A stretch of 64,000 nucleotides of DNA from Anaerolineae bacterium (lineage in GTDB: Bacteria; Chloroflexota; Anaerolineae; JAADDB01): NCBI GenBank assembly GCA_015490995.1, contig WFWT01000001.1:10021-74020 (forward strand), given 5' to 3'. The notes beneath the pieces were generated by a model. The model ran no database searches. It was not told the DNA's origin and was given only the letters and a program-made list of their open reading frames with translations. Both the position numbers and the translations under genes were made by a program. Each line of letters starts with the position of its first letter. Position 1 is the stretch's first letter. Positions 38,752 through 47,350 of this stretch are shown here, piece after piece.

Positions 38752-39588
38752 ATGAGTGATGACAAAGACCTAGAACGTTCAGCGCCATCATCGTTGCACA
38801 TCTTTACTCCGGTCCGATCAGGCAACGCGTTTGAAGAGACCGTGAGCAAACTGGCCGGGGCGATTAAAGCCCGCCTGTTTAGCCCAGGGGATCGCCTTCC
38901 GCCGGAACGGGAGTTAGCCCGCCACCTTGGGGTCAGTCGGTCCACCCTCCGGGAAGCGTTGCGCGTCCTCGTGGAAGCCGGGTACCTAGAAGTGAGGGTA
39001 GGACGTCATGGAGGTACCTTTGTCGCGCGTTGGCCAGACGTGCCCCGTGGCCCGCGCCAGGCAGCCGTGCTGGAGCGCATGCGCGATGAACTACCGGGAT
39101 TACTGGACTACCGTCGCGCCCTGGAGCCCACCGCGGCCGAATTGGCCGCTTTACGGGCCACCTCAGAGGACATTACCCACCTTGCACGCATTCTCGAGGA
39201 CATGCGCGGAATGGAGAAAACGTTCGATCAATACCGGGCAGGCGACGCCCGCTTCCACGTGCGCATAGCTCAGGCGGCCAAAAGCCCTCTCATTCTCCGG
39301 GGGGTCATTGAAGTCCAAACCGCGCTAACGGAGATCCTCGACCTCATCGTTTACCACTCCCGCCGCACGTTGCTCCACTCCACCGAATACCACTGGCAAA
39401 TCTTCGAGGCCATCCAACAGCGAGAGCCTCACCGCGCGCGGCAGATCATGCTTGACCACATCATGGCTACAGAGCACATCATCCACGGCCTTATCCCCGA
39501 AGCGGACTGGCCGTTAGAAGTACTCCCCAACAACCGCCAATCCCCGGACAACGTGACAGGGCTATCCTCTCATTCGGGTGTAATATAG
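38752..39588 (+). CDS. GntR-family (FadR/FCD subfamily) transcriptional regulator
   Basis: GntR HTH (ERELARHLGVSRSTLREALRVL) plus an FCD-like C-terminal domain; extended -10 TGTAGTATAAT at about 38665-38676. Confidence 0.8.
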   Translation: MSDDKDLERSAPSSLHIFTPVRSGNAFEETVSKLAGAIKARLFSPGDRLPPERELARHLGVSRSTLREALRVLVEAGYLEVRVGRHGGTFVARWPDVPRGPRQAAVLERMRDELPGLLDYRRALEPTAAELAALRATSEDITHLARILEDMRGMEKTFDQYRAGDARFHVRIAQAAKSPLILRGVIEVQTALTEILDLIVYHSRRTLLHSTEYHWQIFEAIQQREPHRARQIMLDHIMATEHIIHGLIPEADWPLEVLPNNRQSPDNVTGLSSHSGVI

Positions 39589-40343
39589 GCCGCGGTAATG
39601 CCGCCATCCACCACCAAGGCTGCCCCGGTGATGTACGAAGAGGCATCACTGGCGAGAAAAAGTGCTGCTTGAGCCACTTCGTGTGGACGGGCAAAACGCC
39701 CCAGGGGGATGTGAACGAGGCGGCGTTGTCGGCGTACGGGATCGGCCAGCAGGTCTGCCAGCAAAGGTGTCTCCACTGGTCCAGGGCATAGCGCGTTAGC
39801 CCGAATGTTCTGGCGAGCGAATTCGACTGCAATCTCGCGAGTGAGGGCCAGCACTCCCCCCTTGCTGGCCGTGTACGCAATTTGGGATACAGCCGCTCCC
39901 ATCAACGCCACAAAGGACGCCATGTTGATGATAGACCCTCCTCCGGCGCGCAAGAGGGCCGGTATGCCGTACTTACACCCCAGGAAAACTCCCTTTAGGT
40001 TCACCGCGATGACGTGATCCCAGATGTGCTCATCGGTCTCTAAAATAGAGGTATCCTTGGGGTGAAAGATGCCCGCGTTGTTGAACAAGACATCCAACTG
40101 ACCATAGCGCTCCTCGGCAAAGGCGACCATGGCCTGCACATCTTCAGCCTTAGACACATCTGCCCGGACGAAAGCCGCTTCACCCCCTGCGTCCCGAATC
40201 AACCGCACGGTCTCCTCACCACGCTCTTCGTCCACGTCGGCCACCACCACGCGAGCGCCTTCGCGGGCAAAGAGCAACGCGGACTCTCGTCCGATACCAC
40301 TCCCTGCACCCGTGATCAATGCCACTTTGTTCTCCAGTTGCAT
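39570..40343 (-). CDS. SDR-family oxidoreductase (FabG-like)
   Basis: TGAGSGIG, NNAG, and YTASKGG (Y-x3-K) motifs; last gene of the minus-strand cluster. Confidence 0.8.
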   Translation of the reverse strand: MQLENKVALITGAGSGIGRESALLFAREGARVVVADVDEERGEETVRLIRDAGGEAAFVRADVSKAEDVQAMVAFAEERYGQLDVLFNNAGIFHPKDTSILETDEHIWDHVIAVNLKGVFLGCKYGIPALLRAGGGSIINMASFVALMGAAVSQIAYTASKGGVLALTREIAVEFARQNIRANALCPGPVETPLLADLLADPVRRQRRLVHIPLGRFARPHEVAQAALFLASDASSYITGAALVVDGGITAAYITPE

Positions 40344-40474
40344 GTGTATCGCCTCCTTCCGAGCCGAAACGCCGGGCTACGTTCGTCTCAGCCCGACCGT
40401 CTCGGCCCGACCGTTGGGTGATGTCTATCCGCCACGTGATTTACAAGGGGTACCGGGCGTCACGCTCGTTAAGG

Positions 40475-41863
40475 TCACACTCGCTCAAAATAGCGACGCC
40501 GTTCCCAGCTAGTGACCACCTCGTCAAACTTCCGCTGCTCGGTGCGGAAAAAGTGGATGTAATGCTCCACCACTGCTTCACCGAGCACCGACCGCGCCCA
40601 CTCACTCGCTTCCAGCGCAGCCACAGCCTCCTGCAGGGAGGTAGGCACTTGGGGCAAATCCGGACGGTGATAGAGGTCGCCGCTCATCATAGGCGGAGGC
40701 TCTATACGGTTCAACACCCCATCCAGGCCTGCAGCCAGGGTTACAGCAAAGGCCAGATAAGGATTTGCATCCGCGCCGGGTGCCCGGCACTCTATACGTA
40801 GTGATGTCCCTCGCCCTACCACCCGAAAGGCGGCGGTACGGTTATCGTATCCCCAGGCGATGGTAGTAGGGGCAAAGGAGCCACTGGTGTATCGTTTGTA
40901 CGATGTGGGATATGGCGCATAAAAGGCGAAGAGCTCATGTATATGGGCCATCCACCCACCCAAAAACCACCGAAAAAGGGGAGAAACCATCACCGGCCCC
41001 AGGGGTTCCTCGCCGGGAAACAAAGGGTTTCCCTCCAGATCCCACAAACTGGCGTGCAAGTGCATGCTAGAGCCCGCATATCGAGTATCCCACTTGGCCA
41101 TGAAGGTGATGGCACAACCCTGTTGCCACGCGATCTCCTTTGCTGCGTGCTTGTAAATGGTGTGACGGTCCGCCATCTCCAGAAAGTCCGCAAAGTGCAG
41201 GTTGATCTCTCGCTGGCCCGGGCCCCATTCCCCCTTGGAGAACTCCACAGGGATTCCTGAACGTTCTAAGTGACGGCGGATTGCCCCTACAACGAACTCT
41301 TCGCGTGTGCCCTGAAGAATGTGGTAATCCTCAATATACCATCCCAGTGGGGTGAGGTCATTGTAGTCTTTCGCCGCGGCTTCCTCGTACGTCTCGCGGA
41401 AGATGTACATCTCCAGTTCCGAGGCGCCCATAGCCACATACCCTAACTCGCGGGCACGTTCTACCTGTTGGCGCAGTATTGTGCGGGGGGCCACTACGAC
41501 CGGTTCGCCGGTACGTTCATCGTACACATCACACAGCACCAGGGCTGTCTTCTCCAGCCAGCTGGCAATCCGTAACGTCCGCCAGTCCGGTACTAGATGA
41601 ACATCCCCATACCCCGTTTCCCAACTGGTAAAGGTGTACCCCGGCACCGGGTCCATCTCCATGTCACAGGCCAACAGATAATCACACGCGTGAAGTCCAT
41701 GGGTAAGGACGTGGTCCACGAAAAACCGTCCGGTGATACGTTTGCCCACCAATCGCCCATACATGTCCGGAAACGCGGCAATAACCGTGTCGACGTGGCC
41801 TTCCTCTATGACCTGTTGCAGTTGTTCCACCGTCAAGCGGCCTTGCAGGGCTGTATCTGCCAT
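40475..41863 (-). CDS. Glutamine-synthetase-family ligase (GlnA3/GlnA4/PuuA-like gamma-glutamyl-amine synthetase candidate)
   Basis: GS catalytic-domain signatures (KGEWGPGQREINLHF, MAKWDTRYAGSSMHLHASLW). Start set at ATG 41863 (AGGAGGG SD) rather than the TTG at 41926. Confidence 0.78.
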   Translation of the reverse strand: MADTALQGRLTVEQLQQVIEEGHVDTVIAAFPDMYGRLVGKRITGRFFVDHVLTHGLHACDYLLACDMEMDPVPGYTFTSWETGYGDVHLVPDWRTLRIASWLEKTALVLCDVYDERTGEPVVVAPRTILRQQVERARELGYVAMGASELEMYIFRETYEEAAAKDYNDLTPLGWYIEDYHILQGTREEFVVGAIRRHLERSGIPVEFSKGEWGPGQREINLHFADFLEMADRHTIYKHAAKEIAWQQGCAITFMAKWDTRYAGSSMHLHASLWDLEGNPLFPGEEPLGPVMVSPLFRWFLGGWMAHIHELFAFYAPYPTSYKRYTSGSFAPTTIAWGYDNRTAAFRVVGRGTSLRIECRAPGADANPYLAFAVTLAAGLDGVLNRIEPPPMMSGDLYHRPDLPQVPTSLQEAVAALEASEWARSVLGEAVVEHYIHFFRTEQRKFDEVVTSWERRRYFERV

Positions 41864-41922
41864 AGCAAGCCCTCCTGCGAGTGAGGGATCACCTTCCTCC
41901 CGCCTTATCGCTCGAAGTGTGG

Positions 41923-42741
41923 TCAAGGATCACGCAACACGCGTGCCAAACGGTGAGGAAAATCGGTAAAAATACCCGTCACGCCCCACGCGAGCAGGCG
42001 ACGCATGTCCGACTCTTCGTTCACTACCCAAACATTGACCCCACGACCGGCCGCGCGCAGGCGTTGAATGCGCTCTCGTGTGGCCAAGGAGAGGCGCAAA
42101 TTATATGTAGGAAATTCCAACGTATCCCAATCCACCTCTTGCGCTTCACCATACCCTATCAACGCGGCCACCTCCAGGCGAGGATTAGCCTCCCGGACCT
42201 CCCGCAGCCACCGATGGACAAAGGAAGAGATCACCACACACTCCTCCGCCCGTTCCTCGGCAATGAGGGTCAGCACCTTTTCCACCACCGGAAAATCTTC
42301 CATGGGAGGGGGTAAAGCTTTCAGTTCCAAGTTAATGCGCCAGTGATGGGCCTGGGTAAAACGCAACGCCTCTCGAACAGTAGGGATGGATTCCCCCCTG
42401 TACTCGCGTATGTCCTCGGGTGAAACGTGCCCTGCCTGGATCTCACCGAAGGGGTCCTCTTCCACAAACCATGACCCGGCATCCAGGGTATCCAACTCCG
42501 CTTTGGTGAAGGTGGTGACCGTCCAAGGTGCTCGGTGGGGAAAACGCGCGGCCACATTGGTCGTGCGGGCGAGGGAATCGTCGTGCATGAGCACCAGCTC
42601 ACCATCCGCGGTGACGGAGATGTCCACCTCCCACATGTCAGCCCCGGCGGCAAGGGCCTTGCGGGCTGCTGCCAGCGTGTTCTCTGGAGCCAAGCTGCGT
42701 GCCCCGCGATGCGCGATGTTCAGGACACGGCAACGGGTCAT
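41923..42741 (-). CDS. ugpQ: Glycerophosphodiester phosphodiesterase
   Basis: GDPD motifs (NIAHRGARSLAPENT, EVDISVTADGELVLMHD); the ATG overlaps the ugpE stop (ATGA). Confidence 0.85.
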   Translation of the reverse strand: MTRCRVLNIAHRGARSLAPENTLAAARKALAAGADMWEVDISVTADGELVLMHDDSLARTTNVAARFPHRAPWTVTTFTKAELDTLDAGSWFVEEDPFGEIQAGHVSPEDIREYRGESIPTVREALRFTQAHHWRINLELKALPPPMEDFPVVEKVLTLIAEERAEECVVISSFVHRWLREVREANPRLEVAALIGYGEAQEVDWDTLEFPTYNLRLSLATRERIQRLRAAGRGVNVWVVNEESDMRRLLAWGVTGIFTDFPHRLARVLRDP

Positions 42742-43586
42742 TTTTCCTGTCCCAGCGCGAAACCGCGCATCAACTGCTGATGTAGGAAGATGAACACGAT
42801 AAGGGGAGGCAACATTGCCAGCACCGCGCCGGCCATAACCACGCCCCAGTTGGTGGTGTCCTGCACGGCAGTCATGCCTCGCAGGCCCACCTGAATCACC
42901 TGCCGTTCGTTTTCCCGGATGATCACCAACGGCCACAGGTACTGATTCCATACGTAAATGAACTGAATAAGCGCCAGCGCGCCGATCGCGTTCCAGGACA
43001 TGGGCACCAAAATGCTCCACAGGAAACGAAGGGGGCCGGCTCCGTCCACGCGCGCCGCATCAGCCAGCTCACCGGGTATGCTGGCAAAGTGTTGCCGGAA
43101 GAGAAACACTCCCGTAGCACTGGCCATAAAGGGCACAATGAGGGCCAGATAACTGTTGCTCCACCCCAGGTCCGACACCAAATTGAACAGAGCCACGATC
43201 AGGATTTCCGTGGGCATCATGAGAGTGAACAGGATGAAGTAAAAGACCCCATCCTGAAGGGGATAATCAAAGTACACCAGGGCAAGCCCTGCCAGCAGGG
43301 AGAGAATCGTCTTGGCGAATGTGACAGCCAGAGCCACGATGAAACTGTTTTTCATGAACATGCCCAGTTCAAACGAATACCAGGCAGTGCGGTAATTGTC
43401 CAGCAGCGCCGTACCTGGTCCCAGGATCGGCGGATAATGGAAAACCTGCGCGCGCGTTTGGGTCGATTTCGAAACGGCAAAAAGTACCGGCACCAACACC
43501 AGGAAACACACCACAATCAGCGCAATGTGGGTCAGAATTTCGTTGCGCACCTTCCGCCGCACGTGAAACTTCAGCGCCATCATCAC
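42738..43586 (-). CDS. ugpE: ABC transporter permease (UgpE-like)
   Basis: 6-TM ABC permease with an EAA loop (ELADAARVDGAGPLRFL). Confidence 0.82.
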   Translation of the reverse strand: MMMALKFHVRRKVRNEILTHIALIVVCFLVLVPVLFAVSKSTQTRAQVFHYPPILGPGTALLDNYRTAWYSFELGMFMKNSFIVALAVTFAKTILSLLAGLALVYFDYPLQDGVFYFILFTLMMPTEILIVALFNLVSDLGWSNSYLALIVPFMASATGVFLFRQHFASIPGELADAARVDGAGPLRFLWSILVPMSWNAIGALALIQFIYVWNQYLWPLVIIRENERQVIQVGLRGMTAVQDTTNWGVVMAGAVLAMLPPLIVFIFLHQQLMRGFALGQEK

Positions 43587-44473
43587 CCTCCATAGTGGAC
43601 ATATCGCCCAGACGTGCGGAATTGTAGCAGGGTCAAACCGACCACCAACAGGAAGAGAATCACGGACTGGGCCGCGGCATATCCGCTCTTGTAGTACTCA
43701 AACGCGTCTCGGTATAGGTTGTAGATCATGACGTTCGTCGCGTTCATCGGCCCGCCTTTGGTCACAATGTCGATCATGCCAAAGAGGTCGAAGAAGGAAT
43801 AGGTGATATTGGTGATTAACAGGAAAAAGGTGATGGGAGAGAGCAGCGCGAAGGTCACCGACCAGAAACGCCGCCAGGGGCCGGCACCGTCAATTTCCGC
43901 TGCTTCTAAGATCTCCGTGTTCAAGTTTTGTAGGCCGGCCAGGTAAAAGACCACGTTGTACCCCAGGTTCTTCCAAATGCTCGCCATAATAATGAGCACC
44001 ACCGCCAACCGTGGATTCCCCAACCAGTTCAACTCTCGTCCGATCACCTGGGAAAGCAAGTAATTGATGGCTCCAAAGCCCGGGGCGAAAAGGAACAAGA
44101 AGATCACACCTGCTACCGCGGGCGAAAGCGCGTAAGGCCAAATTAGCAAGATGCGGTACACGGAAGCACCACGGATGTTTTGGTTGGCCAGCATAGCAAT
44201 GGCTAGCGAGATAGCTAACCCACCAATAACCACGGCCACGGTGATCACCAACGTGACCCGAACCGTGTGCCAATAATCCGGACTTTGCAAGAGACTGACA
44301 AAGTTATCCAGCCCCACAAACTGACGTCGCATACCTAGAAACGCGGTGCGATACAGAGAAAGCCGGAACGTTTGAATGACCGGATAGTACAGGAAAACCA
44401 GGAGAATGGCCAGGGTAGGGGCCAGTAACAAGAAGGGCAACAACCGTCCCTTAAATTTGGCCTGATAAGGCAT
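43583..44473 (-). CDS. ugpA: ABC transporter permease (UgpA-like)
   Basis: 6-TM ABC permease with an EAAEIDGAGPWRRF loop; ATG at 44473 with a GGAGGGG SD. Confidence 0.82.
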   Translation of the reverse strand: MPYQAKFKGRLLPFLLLAPTLAILLVFLYYPVIQTFRLSLYRTAFLGMRRQFVGLDNFVSLLQSPDYWHTVRVTLVITVAVVIGGLAISLAIAMLANQNIRGASVYRILLIWPYALSPAVAGVIFLFLFAPGFGAINYLLSQVIGRELNWLGNPRLAVVLIIMASIWKNLGYNVVFYLAGLQNLNTEILEAAEIDGAGPWRRFWSVTFALLSPITFFLLITNITYSFFDLFGMIDIVTKGGPMNATNVMIYNLYRDAFEYYKSGYAAAQSVILFLLVVGLTLLQFRTSGRYVHYGG

Positions 44474-44630
44474 AGATCTTCCCCTCCGTCTCCTCATAGC
44501 GTTGCCGACAGCGGTCGCCTTATCCTTACCTCAAGAGAGTAGGGCGAACGCGCCTCCCGGGTGTCATGTAGCCGTCGCAACGGGAACCCTTTACGGTGCT
44601 TTTTTCATTATAGCGCGAAGCCCCGCCCTG

Positions 44631-44677
44631 AAAATAAGGGGACGGGCCGGGGCAAGGAGATACATTACCCCGGCCCG
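44631..44677 (-). terminator. Hairpin attenuator/terminator after the ugpB-like SBP gene
   Basis: 10-bp stem CGGGCCGGGG/CCCCGGCCCG followed on the minus strand by TTATTTT. Confidence 0.4.
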
Positions 44678-44691
44678 TGCGGACATCGCGA

Positions 44692-46128
44692 TTACTGGCC
44701 GATGGACTTATTATACTCCTCGAGGGCCCGGTCTGCCTTCTGTTTGGCCTCGGCCAGAGCGTCGTCCACGCTGGCCTCGCCCGCCAGCACCTTCTCGACA
44801 GCCTGCTCGATGATGGTCCGGATCTCGGGGAAGGGTCCCATCAGAGCGCCCTGGGTCGCCCGGTTGGCCTTGGTCTGGAGAAGCTGGTCAAAGGCCGCCC
44901 GATAGGCCGGGTTGGTCTCGAACCAGCGCTGCTGACGGAGGACCTCCACAGCGGACTTGCGGATGGGGAAGTAACCGGTTCCCTTGTGCCAGCGGATCGC
45001 GTTCTCCGTGTTGGTGAACCAGACGATGAAGTCCTTCGCCGCCTGCAATTCCTCAGGCGGATGGTCCTTGGTCAGCCAGAGGCTCGCGCCACCGACCACT
45101 ACACCCTGCCATTCCTGATCGCCGGGATAGGGCAAGTACGACGTTCCCAGCTCAAAGCCGTTGGCCACCGCGTCTCGCTGCCGCTGGACTACATCGCTGG
45201 TGGACGTGATCTCCATGGCGGCCTGGCCGGACACAAAGATGGCATCAGAGCCATCCCAGTCCTCCAGCTTACCGCTGTAAGCGTAGTAACCCTTGTCGTA
45301 CATTTCCTTCCACCAGGACACGATCCGTTTGGCCGCGTCGCTGGTCAGGAGCACCTCGGTGGCGCGAGCATCCCGACCGTTGCCGTTGTTGGCCAACATC
45401 GCGCCCTGCACTGCCATCCACTGTTCGAAGAACCAGGAGTGCAACGGCCAGGTCACGCAGTTCTTTGCCGCACCGCTGGAGACAATCTGTTCGCAGACGT
45501 CCAGCATCTCCTCAAAGGTGCGCGGCGGCTTCTCGGGGTCCAGACCGGCTGCGCGGAAGATGTCTTTGTTGTAATAAAGGATGGGATTAGAGGAATTCCA
45601 GGGCATGGAGTAGAACTTGCCGGCAAAGTTGTAGTAGTTGGCCACACCTTCGATCAGATCATCCGGCTGGTATTCCTCGGGCTTGGCCAGATCTGCAAAG
45701 GGCACAAAGATGCCCGAATCCAGAGCCAGCTGCGACCCCACTTCGAAGATCTGCACGATGTGTGGGGGATTCCCCTGTTGGGCCGCCAGAATGGCCGCGT
45801 TCAGCGTATCCCGGTAAGAGCCCTTGTACTCGGCCCGTACGTAGATGCCCGGGTGGGTGTAATTGAAGTCGTCCACCATGCGCTGAATGAACAACTTTCG
45901 CCCACCACCAAACGCGTGCCAGAACTCGATAACAGTCGCTCCCTCGGGGATCTGCTCTTCAGGGGCCTGCTCTACAACGCGCGTCACCTCCACAATACGG
46001 GTGACCTCAACCACTTGCGGTTGAGCCTCTTGGGGCTGTTGCTGTCCGCCTGCACAGGCCGCCAGCAACGCCAACATCACTAACGTGGCGAACAGCACAC
46101 TCCACATGTACCTGCGCCGGTTCAACAT
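44692..46128 (-). CDS. ugpB: ABC transporter substrate-binding lipoprotein (UgpB-like, family 1)
   Basis: Signal peptide with lipobox (LLAACAGG) plus a solute-binding domain; ATG at 46128 with an AAGGAGGGGAG SD. Confidence 0.8.
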   Translation of the reverse strand: MLNRRRYMWSVLFATLVMLALLAACAGGQQQPQEAQPQVVEVTRIVEVTRVVEQAPEEQIPEGATVIEFWHAFGGGRKLFIQRMVDDFNYTHPGIYVRAEYKGSYRDTLNAAILAAQQGNPPHIVQIFEVGSQLALDSGIFVPFADLAKPEEYQPDDLIEGVANYYNFAGKFYSMPWNSSNPILYYNKDIFRAAGLDPEKPPRTFEEMLDVCEQIVSSGAAKNCVTWPLHSWFFEQWMAVQGAMLANNGNGRDARATEVLLTSDAAKRIVSWWKEMYDKGYYAYSGKLEDWDGSDAIFVSGQAAMEITSTSDVVQRQRDAVANGFELGTSYLPYPGDQEWQGVVVGGASLWLTKDHPPEELQAAKDFIVWFTNTENAIRWHKGTGYFPIRKSAVEVLRQQRWFETNPAYRAAFDQLLQTKANRATQGALMGPFPEIRTIIEQAVEKVLAGEASVDDALAEAKQKADRALEEYNKSIGQ

Positions 46129-46257
46129 GGCTCCCCTCCTTTCATCCCACAAAATGTTCGCCAACGACCCGCCGTGGGCACTTACCTGCAATTACCATCC
46201 ACCAGCACTCTCACCTCCTTTCATCATTAGGTAGGGGGATGGCACGGTGAGGGTTGC

Positions 46258-47133
46258 TTACCGCCGCAAAGCGGGTAAGACCAGGTACTCCAACCAGTTA
46301 CGTATCTCCCGCTCCCGTATATCCGGGTTCAAAATGTCTTCCCCAACGGCCAACGCCTCTCGAAGTGTTCGATCTTCCGGGTGATGGTGCAACGCCTTCA
46401 TTTGAGAAGCGTACGCGGCCACAGCGGCCTCATCAGGGAAAAACCCTTCCTTGACCAGGGCGGAGGCGCGCGCCGCGATAAGCCGTCCCATCTCATAGAG
46501 GTTGTATTCGGGATGATACTGGGTTGCCCAAAATGTCCCCCCTTGATACTCCACTGCCAACGCCTGAACAGGTGTATGATCGTTGGTGGCCAACACCGTT
46601 CCCCCTGGGGGCACACGGGTCACTTCGTCCAGGTGCATGATAAACGCATCAAAACAGTCGGGCTTGCCTTGGAGCAACTGCGAGTTCCTGCCAGCAGCTG
46701 TACGTCGGATATTCCGGGCAATGCCCCACTCCCGCCCACGTGGGTTGCGGCGTACCTCCCCACCGGCCGCAACCGCAGCCATTTGCACCCCCCAACAACT
46801 GCCGAACATAGGCACCCCTGCCGCAAAGATCGCCCGCGCCAACTCAACCTGACGCGTCACCCGCGGGTCATCGTGGTAAATCGTGAGGTCCGAACCGGTC
46901 CATATGTACCCATCGTACGAACGCAACGCCGTTCCCTGGGGCAACGATTGGTCCAGGTCCGCCACAAAGAGCACATCAATGTGCACGGTCGGCAAATATC
47001 GCCGTAACACCGCAGCATACAAGTCATGGGGATGACCGACATCCAAACGGTCAAAGTTTTCCCGGCTGGGACGGGGGTATCCGTTCAATATGCAAATCGC
47101 GATGTTGAGGTCAACCTCCACGTTGATGGGCAT
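46258..47133 (-). CDS. Class-I glutamine amidotransferase-like gamma-glutamyl hydrolase (PuuD/C26 peptidase family)
   Basis: GATase1 nucleophile elbow (FGSCWGVQ) and His region (QYHPEY); ATG at 47133. Confidence 0.72.
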   Translation of the reverse strand: MPINVEVDLNIAICILNGYPRPSRENFDRLDVGHPHDLYAAVLRRYLPTVHIDVLFVADLDQSLPQGTALRSYDGYIWTGSDLTIYHDDPRVTRQVELARAIFAAGVPMFGSCWGVQMAAVAAGGEVRRNPRGREWGIARNIRRTAAGRNSQLLQGKPDCFDAFIMHLDEVTRVPPGGTVLATNDHTPVQALAVEYQGGTFWATQYHPEYNLYEMGRLIAARASALVKEGFFPDEAAVAAYASQMKALHHHPEDRTLREALAVGEDILNPDIREREIRNWLEYLVLPALRR

Positions 47134-47274
47134 CGAGCCGTCACCTTTGTGCCACGCTTCTCCCCCGAGAGGGCAGGAGCTTGCCACAACCGTCCCACAA
47201 AAACACAGCCTCACGGCTAGGGCATCACGTGGGACCGCTGAAGTGATGGGCGTCATCGCTTCCGATGGCGGGAG

Positions 47275-47303
47275 TGATTATACCCTGCCCTCTCGGAGGT
47301 GTC
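47275..47303 (-). promoter_or_regulatory. Consensus sigma-70 promoter (TTGACA-N17-TATAAT) upstream of the PuuD-like gene
   Basis: Minus-strand sequence TTGACACCTCCGAGAGGGCAGGGTATAAT, about 140 nt upstream of the 47133 start and just 3' of the AOR gene. Confidence 0.5.
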
Positions 47304-47350
47304 AAGTTTCGTCGCTAAAGGCATGAAATAAGACCATATTCCCCACACGG

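Noticed and set aside
41864-41926. TTG start at 41926 for the GS-like gene, giving an MTTLRAIRR... N-terminus.
   Set aside because: An in-frame ATG at 41863 has a well-spaced AGGAGGG SD. The TTG start would overlap the ugpQ stop and lacks an SD, so the shorter form is preferred, though not proven.
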